IMG/VR virus record: IMGVR_UViG_3300015371_000002
Coordinates: 60,251-124,250 of that record
Reading direction: 5' to 3' (one strand)
Origin: a virus
DNA length: 64,000 nt
Part shown: in pieces, positions 41,520-52,304 of the stretch
How positions within the stretch are numbered: the first letter of the stretch is position 1
Layout of the letters: each line of letters begins with the position of its first letter
Program-made: the position numbers and the translations under genes
The notes under the pieces: generated by a model
Told to the model about the DNA's origin: nothing
The model's database searches: none
The model's input: the letters and a program-made list of their open reading frames with translations, nothing else

Positions 41520-42013
41520 CGTCGTTTCCTCCGTTATTCAGCAGTATCCTAGCTCACACAGAATCTTTTTATCTTTGCGGGCTCGGTATTCACCGACGAT
41601 CGCTCCGATGATCGCCAAGGCCCGGCCTCCATTGCGTGTCGCGGTGAGCCTTCCAGCTGCGCTCCGCATGCCGGAGAATATCGTCCCATGCGTTAGGCGG
41701 GATCTTCTCGCCACGCAGCCCAAACCCAGCCAGCACCCGCTCCACCGCGATGTGACGCGGCGACCGAAACAACCCATGCTGCCGCGTGCGCCGACCGGTG
41801 CCCGGAACCGCAAAGATGTGCGCCAAGTCGAGCCTCATTGCTGTTCCCCTCCGCGCTTGCGGAAGTAAATGCCGAACGCCAGCGGGCCGAGCACGCCGCT
41901 GTAGCCCTCCATCCGGGTCGCGCGCTTTAGCTCCAGGCCCCAGTAGTCCGACCACGACGCCACGATCATTACGCGCTTTACCGTCAGGACCACGTCACCA
42001 ATCCCCGCTCGTC

Positions 42014-42361
42014 TCATCCGCCGAACAATCGTTGCCACCAACCGCGCTTTGGATTTCGTGCCGCCACATCCCGCACGACGACTGCCGCAAACTCCGGGGT
42101 TATGCGAAACAGCTCTCGGCGCCGCCGCACCCGATATTGCCGCAGCCGGGTATGGACCTCCCGCTCAGCCACCCGACGATCCGCCACATACGCCCAGCAA
42201 TGCACCGAGCAGGGAGCGATCAGTCCCGAGACTGAAGTGATCTGCGCCGCACGACGCTTCGGGTCCTGACGTGTCATGCCGATCTTCACGATCCCGATTT
42301 TCCCCCACGCTGGATGTGTCATCACGTAGAGATAGCCGTCACGGCGCTCACCAATCTTCAT
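42014..42361 (-). CDS. GIY-YIG superfamily T5orf172-domain protein
   Basis: GYLYVMTHP...VKIGMT..DPKRRA...EREVH..L...RV..RRELF. Confidence 0.8.
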   Translation of the reverse strand: MKIGERRDGYLYVMTHPAWGKIGIVKIGMTRQDPKRRAAQITSVSGLIAPCSVHCWAYVADRRVAEREVHTRLRQYRVRRRRELFRITPEFAAVVVRDVAARNPKRGWWQRLFGG

Positions 42362-42638
42362 CCGCATTCGTCTCGTAGTAGCCGCACGCGCCACATTCCT
42401 CGCTGTAGTAGGCGTTCAGCGAACCACCCTCAGCGGCTTCCCAGTCGCGGCGGAATAGCTGCCACCGACGGCATTCCGGGCATTCTGTGGTGTGACGTTC
42501 GGTCGTCAGCCGATATCCCGGCTCCAGGCATCCACCGTAGGCTTGCGCACCATACGAATAGCGGGAGCCGTCCTCGTGGGACTTCTGGTCCTGCCAGTTT
42601 GCGCATTCCCGCTCCAAACCATCCAGTTCCTTCGCCAT
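42348..42638 (-). CDS. hypothetical Cys-containing protein
   Basis: CPEC and CGACG motifs. Confidence 0.5.
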   Translation of the reverse strand: MAKELDGLERECANWQDQKSHEDGSRYSYGAQAYGGCLEPGYRLTTERHTTECPECRRWQLFRRDWEAAEGGSLNAYYSEECGACGYYETNADEDW

Positions 42639-42827
42639 TACGAGCCCCTCCGATTCGCACCAGCACTACAGCACACACCATAACATGTGTCAACATATAA
42701 TTAGCATTATTTTGTCATGCTAGGACACGGGATGGCACGCGATTTTGCTGGGTCTGGTGGGGGAAGGACAAACGCAAGACGCATCGATCGCTTGCATGGC
42801 AAGAATGTTTCGTGGCATTGCGCGGAT

Positions 42828-45512
42828 GTGGCTATCCCTTATGCAGGCGTGCGCTTTGTTGGCAGGTCGGGGGGCGGGAACGCGGTGCGCTCGGCCGCCT
42901 ACAACATGCGGGAGCGGATTATCGGCGAAAAAGTCGGAGAGAATTTCAACTTCAGCGACCGAAGGCAGGAAGCGCTGCACCACGACATTTTATTGCCCGT
43001 CGGGGCGAACCCCTCGTTCAACAACCCAGAGCGTTTGTGGCGGGCGGTCGAAGCGGCCGAGAAACGCAAGGACGCGCGGGTTGCCAAGGAGGTGCTGATC
43101 GCCCTGCCGACCAACCCGGGGGTGACGAAGAAAGACTGGATCGCGCTAACCGAGAGCTTTGCCCGCGAACAATTCGTGTCCCGTGGCGTCGCGGCGCAGA
43201 TCAACATCCACCACGACAAGGCGCACAACCCGCACGCCCACATCCTGATCACCACCCGCCGGATCGAAGACGACCGGCTGGCGAGCCACAAAGCGCGTGA
43301 CCTGGACCCGATCGTGCGGCGTGGGGTTAAGGGGCGGGCGTTCGTCACCGAGGCGCAGGCGTTCGGCAAGGCTTGGGCGGACCATCAGGATAAATACTTC
43401 CGCCAGCGGGGGCTGCCGATCCGCGTCGACCCGATCGCCATCGTGCCGGGCAGGCACATCGGCCCGGTCCGCCACCGTAAGCCGGGCGACAAGAACGCCA
43501 AGCATAATGCTGCACTGCAGAAAGCCAACGCAGCATTAATCCAAGATCCTGGAAAAATCATAGAGGCACTGACCCGGCAAAAAGCCACCTTCGACCCCCG
43601 CGAGGTGTCCCGGTTACTGCACAAGGCGGGCATGGGCCGCCCCGAGGCGGAGGCAATGAAGGCGCGGGTGCTCGGTCACGCCTCGGTGCTGCCACTCTAC
43701 GATCCACGAACCGGCGAACCGAACGAGCGTTACACGACGCATGCCATCCGTGCTCAAGAGCGCCACGCGATGGCCGTCGCTCGGATGGTGGCCGATAGTC
43801 ATCATCCGGCGATTGCGCTCGAGGCTCCAGCCCGCCTGCGCGAGGACCAACGCAAGGCATTTGACAGCACATTATCTGCAGGCGGGCTGAAGCTCATCGA
43901 GGGCAGAAGTGGGACGGGCAAGTCGGTTGTCTTGGCCTCGGTGAAGGATGCCCATGAGGCCGCCGGCTACCGAGTAGTAGGTATGGCACCGACCAACACC
44001 GTGGCGTCCGACATGCGGGTGCGCGAGGGGTTTGGTGAAGCCCGCACGGCGCATTCGTGGCTGTTCAGGCTGAAGAACGACCGCGACCAGTGGGACCGGA
44101 ACACGACCGTCATCCTGGACGAGGGTGCGATGATCTCGGCGCCGATCATGGGCGAGGTGCTAGAGCAGGTGCATCAGTCCGGGGCCAAGCTGATCATCGC
44201 GGGCGACGACCGCCAACTCCCCTCGATTGAGCGCGGCGGGCTGTTCAGCGAGATGGTCCGCGTCCACGGATCGGCCGAAATCACCGGCGTGGTTCGCCAG
44301 AACGAGGAGTGGCAGCGGCAGGCCTCGATGGACCTCGCCGCCGGACGGTTCCACAGCGCGGTAGAGCGGCTTAATGCCGCCGGGGCGATATCCTGGTCGG
44401 AGGATCGTCCGCACGCCCTGGCGGCGCTTGTGGGCGCCTGGGCGAGGGACACTTTGGCTGAGCCGGGGAAGACGCGGTTCGCCTTCGCCTGGACCAATGA
44501 GGACGTGGACCGGGTAAACGCCGAACTGCGCGCGGTGCGGGTCGGGCGGGGCGAGTTGGGCGACATCGACCATGTGTTCCAGACCCGGCACGGCAAGGCG
44601 ACGTTCGCGGTCGGCGACCGGGTGCAGTTTACCGCGACGGAAAAGCCGCTGGGCATCCAGAACGGTGAGACCGCCACGATCCTCTCTATCCGTTCTGGCA
44701 TGGTCCGATCGGGCCTGATCGAGGCCAAAACCGACCGCGGCGATCTCGTGCGCTGGAACCCCCGAGAGTTCGACGGGTTCCGCCACGGCTATGCCGGGAC
44801 GATTTATCGCGGCCAAGGGCAAACCCTGGACGCCGCCTACGTCCTGCACTCGGTGCATTGGCGTGCGCCAGCGGCTTATGTCGCCCTTACTCGACAACGC
44901 GAGACGATCAAGCTGTTCGTGGCCGAGAGCATCGCGCCCAACGAGCGCGAACTGGCCGAGCAAATGGGAAGGAAGGAAGAGCGCGGGGCGTCACTGCGCT
45001 GGGAAGACAATCGGGAGGACGCACTGAAACGCATGGCCGAGATCAGACTACAGGAAAGGGATGCGGAACGCGCCGCACGGCGCGAACGGACCGCGCAGCC
45101 GGCGGGCAGCAATTTGGAATTCCACGCGCGGCAAGTGGTGCAGAGCTGGGCGGATTACCTAGACGTGCTCGACCTGCAGATCGCCAAGGAGATGGCGACC
45201 ATTCCCAAGGGGGCGCCGCCAGAAGCGTGGGATCATGCGCATGACCGCGCGGCCAACAAGCTGCAATGGGCGCTGGATCGGGCGGAGGAGTGGTATGCTG
45301 AGGTCCGCGCCGACTGGACCCCACAGCAATGGGCCAGGGCGATCGAACGCGGCGTGGCGACCGACCTCGAGGCGATCCAGGCAGTGGTCAGGAACATGGA
45401 TGGCGATGACGTGGCCTACCGCGCGACCCGTGCCGTCATGGACGCGAAGAAGCAGCAGGCGGATCAGGTGGAACAAGTGGTGCAACAACCGGCGCAGCAC
45501 ATGCGGCGCTGA
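42828..45512 (+). CDS. traA: Ti-type conjugative relaxase-helicase (MobA/MobL + RecD-like SF1B helicase)
   Basis: GTG start VAIPY; RSAAY (catalytic Tyr), LWRAVEAAEKRKDARVAKE, NPHAHILITTR (HUH); Walker A GRSGTGKS, ILDEGAM, GDDRQL, HGYAGTIYRGQG, YVALTR. Confidence 0.9.
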   Translation: MAIPYAGVRFVGRSGGGNAVRSAAYNMRERIIGEKVGENFNFSDRRQEALHHDILLPVGANPSFNNPERLWRAVEAAEKRKDARVAKEVLIALPTNPGVTKKDWIALTESFAREQFVSRGVAAQINIHHDKAHNPHAHILITTRRIEDDRLASHKARDLDPIVRRGVKGRAFVTEAQAFGKAWADHQDKYFRQRGLPIRVDPIAIVPGRHIGPVRHRKPGDKNAKHNAALQKANAALIQDPGKIIEALTRQKATFDPREVSRLLHKAGMGRPEAEAMKARVLGHASVLPLYDPRTGEPNERYTTHAIRAQERHAMAVARMVADSHHPAIALEAPARLREDQRKAFDSTLSAGGLKLIEGRSGTGKSVVLASVKDAHEAAGYRVVGMAPTNTVASDMRVREGFGEARTAHSWLFRLKNDRDQWDRNTTVILDEGAMISAPIMGEVLEQVHQSGAKLIIAGDDRQLPSIERGGLFSEMVRVHGSAEITGVVRQNEEWQRQASMDLAAGRFHSAVERLNAAGAISWSEDRPHALAALVGAWARDTLAEPGKTRFAFAWTNEDVDRVNAELRAVRVGRGELGDIDHVFQTRHGKATFAVGDRVQFTATEKPLGIQNGETATILSIRSGMVRSGLIEAKTDRGDLVRWNPREFDGFRHGYAGTIYRGQGQTLDAAYVLHSVHWRAPAAYVALTRQRETIKLFVAESIAPNERELAEQMGRKEERGASLRWEDNREDALKRMAEIRLQERDAERAARRERTAQPAGSNLEFHARQVVQSWADYLDVLDLQIAKEMATIPKGAPPEAWDHAHDRAANKLQWALDRAEEWYAEVRADWTPQQWARAIERGVATDLEAIQAVVRNMDGDDVAYRATRAVMDAKKQQADQVEQVVQQPAQHMRR

Positions 45513-45720
45513 GTTGGTGCGACTCGGCGGCAGGAATATTCTATGGCCGCCATGAAAAGACCGACCCAAACCGTTGGCTTGCTTGGACTGAACCATCGCA
45601 ATTGTGGGTGCGGGATCGGTATCAATGGGCGACCGACCGCAGGCCAGGGAGCTATGGACTGGGCTGGCGCCTGGGAAATTCCGTGTCCGGATTGTGCCGA
45701 ACAGGTCGCGACGGCGATGG

Positions 45721-46311
45721 CTATGAATGTGACGCAACGGCGGCTGGCCGGCGGCGGAAGTTCTCCAAATAAGCGGCGCCGTCTGGCGTAAGGCGATAGC
45801 CGCGGCGGCCATTCTCTCTCGTCCGAACAACCCAGCCAGTGTCCACCGGCGCTCTCATGGCAAAATGCACGTTTGAGACCGTGCTCCCGCACTTGGTGAC
45901 AAGATTCTGTTGCGAGATGAAATCTCCCTTGAGGTCGAAGACGGTCTGCCGAATGTGGTCGCCAATCGCTACTTGTCGACGTGGCTGACCGAGGGCGCGA
46001 TACCATTCGATATCGGTATTCTCCCGCTTGCTTCCCTGCTGCTTTCTCTTCGCTAGCGCCGGCTGGGCCAACCGATGGCGCCGGTTCCTGGGCCGAGACG
46101 ACAGGGACGGCACCTCTACACCTTCGACGGGGCCGCGCGTCATGGCCATCAATGGTTGCCCGTTGGCGCGCGGCTGAAGGGTTTTCACCGCAATGGCGCG
46201 ACGACGCTCCGGATCGGTGAAATAGACAATGAGAAAGTCGCCCCTCTGCGCTGTAAGGCGGTCAGTCGCGACCTCTACGAGGATGTCACACTCGACAAGT
46301 GGCTGCTTCAC
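45721..46311 (-). CDS. hypothetical protein, possible C-terminal winged helix
   Basis: Ends GWVVRTRENGRRGYRLTPDG. Confidence 0.5.
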   Translation of the reverse strand: MKQPLVECDILVEVATDRLTAQRGDFLIVYFTDPERRRAIAVKTLQPRANGQPLMAMTRGPVEGVEVPSLSSRPRNRRHRLAQPALAKRKQQGSKRENTDIEWYRALGQPRRQVAIGDHIRQTVFDLKGDFISQQNLVTKCGSTVSNVHFAMRAPVDTGWVVRTRENGRRGYRLTPDGAAYLENFRRRPAAVASHS

Positions 46312-46793
46312 CGCACCCTCATGAAGGTTCGGCCATTGTCCTCGGTTACGATCGTCCGGGTTCGGAGATGCCGAGCGAGAATCTTGCGGAAGGCGACGGC
46401 CTTGGCACGATTGGTCAAATCCGGCTCATCCCAGCGCTCCATCAGATCGGCGATGGAGAATTCCGCGCGAGGACGGCGGTCCTGAACAATCCGCTCAAGT
46501 TGCTCGCCGTATTGCGCCAGGACTGTCGGCTGATTGATCCAATATTCCTCGTTCCCCGCCAAGCACAGCTCGACCTTGTTGAGTTCTACGATTTCTCCCC
46601 GGTCAACCAACGCCCGAACCAGTTGGTAACCCTTGCCGATGAACGTGGAATACATGTAGCCGGTTACGCCGTCCTTATAGAGCGACTCCAGCAGTTCCAC
46701 GCAGTCCGAACGCGTGAACCAGCGGCGGCCGAAGGCGGCGGTTATTTCCTTACGCAACAGATCTGCCGTGAAGCCATTCGGCCTGATCGGCAT
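46308..46793 (-). CDS. hypothetical protein
   Basis: AAGGAGGGAG RBS; ATGA overlap. Confidence 0.6.
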   Translation of the reverse strand: MPIRPNGFTADLLRKEITAAFGRRWFTRSDCVELLESLYKDGVTGYMYSTFIGKGYQLVRALVDRGEIVELNKVELCLAGNEEYWINQPTVLAQYGEQLERIVQDRRPRAEFSIADLMERWDEPDLTNRAKAVAFRKILARHLRTRTIVTEDNGRTFMRVR

Positions 46794-46867
46794 CAGCTCC
46801 CTCCTTTATTTACCGAGCCGAGAGAGGTTAGTATATTGCAGATATGCTAGAGCACAAGTCGGACCAG

Positions 46868-47038
46868 ATGCCCAGAAAGTCTCATGCGCTCACCCTCAAG
46901 CTGACCGAGGGGATGGTGACGGAGATTGACGAGTGGCGGCGGCAGCAGCCGGATCTGCCCAACCGTGCGGAGGCCATCCGGCGCCTAATCCTGACCAACC
47001 CAGCCCTGGCTAATGTCCCTGCAAGAAAAGGGCGGTGA
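46868..47038 (+). CDS. ribbon-helix-helix regulator
   Basis: HALTLKLTEGMVTEIDEWRRQQPDLPNRAEAIRRLI. Confidence 0.75.
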   Translation: MPRKSHALTLKLTEGMVTEIDEWRRQQPDLPNRAEAIRRLILTNPALANVPARKGR

Positions 47039-47303
47039 CCGCCACCTGCTTACTGCTGCCTCGTATCCTGTTCCTCGGTCGGCTCGATCTCCATCCTGAA
47101 CCGCAGACCGCTGAACCTGGACCACGCGATCCAGAACGGCATGTGCCTGGCGAGGAAGGCACGGCACGCGATCTCCATCAGCACCATGCATAGCAGTTTA
47201 TAGCGCCGAGCCAGGCGCAGGTTGTAGATCGCAAGTCCGACATTAGCGGCCATGACGACCATAGCGGCCAGCATTGTCAGCAAAGAAACATCCAGAAGGT
47301 CCA

Positions 47304-47600
47304 TCACGGCATCGGCCCATCGATCTGCGCCAGCTCCTTGGCCAGCGCCACGAGGTCAATGGCGTAGCGTTTCTGGAACGTCTTCCACCCGACGTTATGT
47401 CCCTGGCGATGATGATGCACACAGATGCCGATAACGGCCGTGTGGTCTGGCTTCATCCCGGTGCCGGAATTGGCGGCGGTGCGGACGTGGTGCAATTCGA
47501 TCGGCGTATGCCAGCAGCCCGGCACGCAGCAGCCCATGGAGCGGATGATCTCCAGCCGCATGGCGGGGCTGAGCTTCGCCTTAATGGTCGTGTGTTGCAA
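47304..47600 (-). CDS. DUF968/Ref-like HNH-type nuclease
   Basis: CCVPGC...ELHHVR...GMKPD...IGICVHHH. Confidence 0.75.
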   Translation of the reverse strand: MQHTTIKAKLSPAMRLEIIRSMGCCVPGCWHTPIELHHVRTAANSGTGMKPDHTAVIGICVHHHRQGHNVGWKTFQKRYAIDLVALAKELAQIDGPMP

Positions 47601-47889
47601 AGGTCGTTATCCCCCGTTATTCGGTTGGTCCCGTTCCGTCTGTGAAGACACCCGTGGAGCCATCACACCGCCGCCTGGGGGTCTCGGCGGGACGGGGCAT
47701 ATGTTCATGCCGCTTCCCGCGACACATGGAAGCCTTCGCGGGCCAGCACGTTCAGCAGCACCATCGCCCAATGCTCAGGTGCGTGCTCGGCCAACATCGT
47801 CCACTCCTCGACCACATTAACGATGATGTCGATCACCAGCGCCTGCTCGACCTCGGTCATCGCTGGATCGATACCGTCGATCATGCTCT

Positions 47890-48327
47890 TCATGCTGGTA
47901 GCACCTCTCTCGCCCCCTGGTCAGGCCGTTGCGCAGCAGACTGGAGCAGCGAGCGTCGCCCGCAGCCACGCGAACAGAATGTGCTCCCGCTTAAGCTCAC
48001 GAACAGATTGCCGCATTGCGGACAGGTCGTGGGGTTCACCACCACCACCGTCTCCCTGGGCAACTTTCCGCTCTTGCCTTTGCGCCGTGGTTTGTCGAGA
48101 GTCACATCGTAGCAATACAATGTCGCGATCATTAGGTGCCAACGCATTTCCGCCGGACTGGCGAGCGTATCGTCTTTATTTGGTAGCGCGCACCACATGC
48201 GCGTAACGGTGTGCATCGGCATCAGCCCTGCGACCCTGTCGTAAATCTCCCCCAAGGTGGTTGGCTTATCTATGTGCTCGGTGAGATACCGGCGAAGTTC
48301 GATGCGCCATGCCGGCGGTTGCGCCAT
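47890..48327 (-). CDS. hypothetical protein with C-terminal zinc finger
   Basis: CPQCG...FCSRGC. Confidence 0.55.
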   Translation of the reverse strand: MAQPPAWRIELRRYLTEHIDKPTTLGEIYDRVAGLMPMHTVTRMWCALPNKDDTLASPAEMRWHLMIATLYCYDVTLDKPRRKGKSGKLPRETVVVVNPTTCPQCGNLFVSLSGSTFCSRGCGRRSLLQSAAQRPDQGAREVLPA

Positions 48328-49316
48328 TCGTTGGCCCTCTCTTTTTCCTCGATCAGCTTGTCCACCTCAGCCATGACCTCGGCGATGACCGTGGCGGCGT
48401 CCTCCAGCATTTTGCGCTCGCCCTTCAATTCTTGCGCCGTGAACCCGCCGAGATAGAGTTTATCTGGCGATCCTGGATACGCCTTCACCATGCCACGAGG
48501 CCTGGACAGAAACGCCGTTCCCTTGGCCTTCGGTGTGCGGCTGCGCTTGCCGCGGTTCTCCGCCTCGATCTGCGCCATCTCCCGGTCACGCTCTTCAATG
48601 AGCTTCAGTGCTTGCCGCTCACTGGTCTTCTCCTTGAGCTCCTTGATCAGCGACGTTGCGGCGCTGGTGCGCAGATCAGGATAGCGAGCGATCAGTCTCA
48701 CCGCCTCGGTGAAGATGACGTCGTTGTTCAGGCCGAACAGCGGTTGTTTCAGAGCCTTGAACTTGTCGTGGGAGATCTCGGCACCCACGCCAAGACGCTG
48801 CGCGCGCTCGGCGACCTCATTCTCCCTGAGATGGTTGGCGACCGTCTGCGGCCTCAAGCCAAAGCGCACGGCCAGCTCGTTGACCGGGACATCCGGATAC
48901 AGCCGATGGATTTCGGCGATGTGGTTGAGCTTCTCCATCTGATCGGGCGCACGACCTTCGATGTTATTGATCGTGCGCAGCAATAGTTCCACGCGATACG
49001 GATCGGCGTCACGAACAACATAAGCATCTAGCGCGTCGATCTCCGCTTCCTTCGCGCCCTCGATGCGGTGACGACCGGTTATTAGCCGGCTAGGCTTATT
49101 GTCGCCGGCATCCAACACCACGATGGCGGGGAAGTCCGCTCCATCGATCATCGCCAACCCGTAACTCAATGCCCGATCCTTATCGAGCTTCTTATACAGC
49201 CGAGCAGGATTGGCGTCGGCCTCCTTCAGATCAATCGCCGCAAACTTGAGCTGCTTGACGAAGACATGGCCATAGCCGTTAGCCTTCAGGAAATTCTCGG
49301 TCTTCGGGTCCCTCAT
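48270..49316 (-). CDS. ParB/Srx N-terminal domain protein
   Basis: DFPAIVV...LITGRHRIEGA followed by an HTH-like segment; start MRDPKT. Confidence 0.7.
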   Translation of the reverse strand: MRDPKTENFLKANGYGHVFVKQLKFAAIDLKEADANPARLYKKLDKDRALSYGLAMIDGADFPAIVVLDAGDNKPSRLITGRHRIEGAKEAEIDALDAYVVRDADPYRVELLLRTINNIEGRAPDQMEKLNHIAEIHRLYPDVPVNELAVRFGLRPQTVANHLRENEVAERAQRLGVGAEISHDKFKALKQPLFGLNNDVIFTEAVRLIARYPDLRTSAATSLIKELKEKTSERQALKLIEERDREMAQIEAENRGKRSRTPKAKGTAFLSRPRGMVKAYPGSPDKLYLGGFTAQELKGERKMLEDAATVIAEVMAEVDKLIEEKERANEWRNRRHGASNFAGISPST

Positions 49317-49335
49317 ACACGTTCCTTCCCGCGGG

Positions 49336-49932
49336 TCACGCCCGCATGTGCCCCTTCTGCAGTGCCGTATCGATGTCGGCGTCAAGGAACTTGGCGAGAT
49401 GGTCCATCATGCCCACCAGCTTGCCAAGCTCGATCTTAGAGTTCGGCTTCTGCCCAGTGCGAGTCTCTTCGGTGCGACACCAGAAGTCGACGCTATGGTT
49501 CTGGAACAGGATAACCGCCGCCATGCGCTGTTGTTGCTCGCGCAGCGACGCCCAGATGCGTTTGAATTCGTCGATGGCGCGACACTGCGAATGCGACGCC
49601 TTGCTAAAATCGAGTCGGGGCCCATAGACCAGCGCGTTCACCGGCATGCCGTCACGCGGTGCGCTGAAGCCGATGCGGGCGACGTCGGCGCGGGTGCGCA
49701 GATAGTCGGCGGCGTGAACGTGCTCTTCCTTGATCTCACGGCTAACGCGCTGCAATCGGCGCAGCATGCACATCGTCCAATAGCCACGGATGACACGGGC
49801 GGTGCGCTGGTTGGGACGGATGTCGTCTGGGTCTATCCATTCACCGCTATCAATTTGGTTTTCGCCCCCGTCTTTGCTGCGGCGGCGGACGGCTTGCGGT
49901 GGGTCCTGGTATTCAGTCGCTCGCTGCGCCAT
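49336..49932 (-). CDS. putative late transcription regulator (DUF6456-like)
   Basis: Position after replication genes; EEHVHAADYLR...LVGMMDHLAKF. Confidence 0.45.
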   Translation of the reverse strand: MAQRATEYQDPPQAVRRRSKDGGENQIDSGEWIDPDDIRPNQRTARVIRGYWTMCMLRRLQRVSREIKEEHVHAADYLRTRADVARIGFSAPRDGMPVNALVYGPRLDFSKASHSQCRAIDEFKRIWASLREQQQRMAAVILFQNHSVDFWCRTEETRTGQKPNSKIELGKLVGMMDHLAKFLDADIDTALQKGHMRA

Positions 49933-50504
49933 GGCCACCCGACGCTTGCGGCGTGTTCCAGACACAGGTTGAGGTCGGGGTGCGGTGACGGCTCGAGCGC
50001 CGCTGCTCGGAGCGATGGCGGCAGCGTTGTCGCATCCTGTCCGGGTGACACGACCACGACGTCCCTCTGGCACCCGTCGAACGAGCACTTCCGTTGCTTC
50101 CATTTCGCTTCCTCGTGGGTATTCGTCATTGGGGGGCCTCCTTGGGGTTAGTTGGGTAATTCGGCAGTTTGCCGGTCGGCTCGTAGCTCCAGTAATCGTA
50201 ACGCAACGCTTTGACCGGTGACGTGCGATCGCCTTCGGTCCAGACGTGGTCGCCGCGGCGTTCGTTGTATTGGGGCGGCTTCATGCCGCCTTCCCTTCCT
50301 GCACCGACGCCTCGAACCACGCGCGGTGCTCTCGGCAGGTCCATGCCTGCTCCTTACAGAACGGCGGGCCATAGCCGAACGATGGATGGACAGTGCAGCC
50401 GGGATGGGCGCACCTGCGTGCATCGTATTCGCGCACCCATGCTTGCTTGGTGGGTTTTTTCTTCTGGTCGTCGGGCTGACCGAACAGATCAGGTATCTCA
50501 ACCA

Positions 50505-52304
50505 TCAGTCAGTCACCCAGCTTGGTGGCGGTGGAATCGGTTCCGCGTCAGATGGGTCGCGATAGCGGTTGGACGCTGACTCGAAATCCATGATCGCCCG
50601 CCGCCCGCGCGCCGACCAGCGCTTGGACTTAGATTTCCAAACGTATAGTCCAACGGCGCCATCTTTTTCGTGGTGCACGGTGATCCCAAGGTCGCTCTTG
50701 TTTGCCCAGTGCTGGCTTCCCGAGATTGAATATCCGACCGGCACCATGTAATCGCCCCGATCCTTTGACGGCGCCGGCTTTGCCGGATGCGCTATGACCC
50801 ACACATTGCAGCCATACCGCTGCGCGAACGAGCGAAACCGTTGCAATGCTTTGCCGATGAAGTCCGTCTCCGGCGTATCGCCACGCTGTTGGTCTATCTC
50901 GTTCCACGGATCTACCATCAGATCGGTAACGCCATAACGAACGACCGTAGCAGCAGCCCGTTCGAGCACCCAGTCCATGGTGGGCGCTTCGTCCTCAGCA
51001 TCGCATACCATCATTGTCACACGCCCGTTAAGCCAATCACCCGCATGAGCGATTTCCGCATCGCTCATTGTGTCCATGCCTGGGACGCTCCAGAACGGCT
51101 TGCCCGAGTAGACCTCCGCACATTCAGCAGCAAAATATTCCCACGGTTGATGTTCTGGGGAGAACACGGCCCAAACACGATCATGGCGTCTAATCGTGTG
51201 GATCATGACGAACCGCGCCCAGCTGGTTTTGCCGTGACCCGCATATCCGGTGACGATGATTAGCCTACCGTCTCCGGGGAATTTGAGAATTTCATCGGTC
51301 GCACGGATGCCTGTCGTTAGCACAGGAGGGGGTGGTCTGTTACGCAAAGCGAGCAGCGGTTGCGGCCCGATTTCGTAAATGCCTTTGATCGGGTAGGGCA
51401 GCGCGCCGGCAATTGTCGCAACAAGCGCGTCAACCCCATCGCGGATTAATGTGTCACAGGCATCCTTGCAACCATCCGGCCACGTCGCAAGAAAGCACCG
51501 GTGCCGTCCGAGCCGCCGCGCCAATTCCTCGCGAAGCGCTAAACCGGGCGCGTCAGTGTCGCCGGCCAACACGATCCGTTTTGCCTTGACCAGCAGGTCC
51601 GCATGCGTGCGTAGGGCGGCGAAGCGTTTATCGTTTGGGTTGGCTGTATCGGAAACTGTGATGCCTGCGCCGTCCTTGAGCGTTACCGCGTTCGTCAGCC
51701 CGCACTCGTGCAGCGCCATGACATCCGGCTCACCCTCGACCCAGATGATTTCCTTCGGTTCATCACCGACAGCATCAACGTTGAACAACGTCGGCAGCGC
51801 GTTTGCTTCCTGCATCTGCGGCTGCTTGTCTGGGTCCGGACGATACTTCCGATTTACGACATCGCCCTTGAGCCGATATGGAAAGACGATGGCTGGCCGC
51901 TTACCAAGACCCTGGAAATTCCTGGTGACGGAATAACAGCCGAAATAGTCCACCGTCCGCGCGCCGATATGCCGATCGGCGAAGAAGCGATACATCCACT
52001 CAGGCTTTTCGCTGTCGTCCTGTGGCGCTGGCTTGCGTGGCGGCGCCTGCGGTTCATCCCATTTGGTATGCCGCTCGCGCTCCTCTCCGCGGACACGCTC
52101 CCCGGCCGTCCACTGACATTTCCCGCGCCAGCACTTCACGACGACGCCTAGCCCGTCGTCATCGATTTTCACCTGCAGGCTCTTTTCCCGCGTGCGCCCG
52201 CCATCGCAGCGTGGGCAGACAACCTCCTCCTGCGCTCCCGGGCGCATCGACCGCAGGTTGCGGATGCCGAAGTTGTCCAGAATTCCCGCGACGCTGTCGG
52301 CCAT
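50505..52304 (-). CDS. bifunctional primase-helicase (T7 gp4/Twinkle-like)
   Basis: Zn finger CPRC...C...C, TOPRIM WVEGEPD and LAGDTD, KDACD, Walker A TGYAGHGKT, VDPWNEI, ISGSQHW. Confidence 0.9.
   Translation of the reverse strand: MADSVAGILDNFGIRNLRSMRPGAQEEVVCPRCDGGRTREKSLQVKIDDDGLGVVVKCWRGKCQWTAGERVRGEERERHTKWDEPQAPPRKPAPQDDSEKPEWMYRFFADRHIGARTVDYFGCYSVTRNFQGLGKRPAIVFPYRLKGDVVNRKYRPDPDKQPQMQEANALPTLFNVDAVGDEPKEIIWVEGEPDVMALHECGLTNAVTLKDGAGITVSDTANPNDKRFAALRTHADLLVKAKRIVLAGDTDAPGLALREELARRLGRHRCFLATWPDGCKDACDTLIRDGVDALVATIAGALPYPIKGIYEIGPQPLLALRNRPPPPVLTTGIRATDEILKFPGDGRLIIVTGYAGHGKTSWARFVMIHTIRRHDRVWAVFSPEHQPWEYFAAECAEVYSGKPFWSVPGMDTMSDAEIAHAGDWLNGRVTMMVCDAEDEAPTMDWVLERAAATVVRYGVTDLMVDPWNEIDQQRGDTPETDFIGKALQRFRSFAQRYGCNVWVIAHPAKPAPSKDRGDYMVPVGYSISGSQHWANKSDLGITVHHEKDGAVGLYVWKSKSKRWSARGRRAIMDFESASNRYRDPSDAEPIPPPPSWVTD

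Noticed and set aside
42640-42830. oriT nic site upstream of traA
   Set aside because: The position is plausible, but I could not find a MOBQ-type TAAGTGCGCCCT-like core or a clear inverted repeat.
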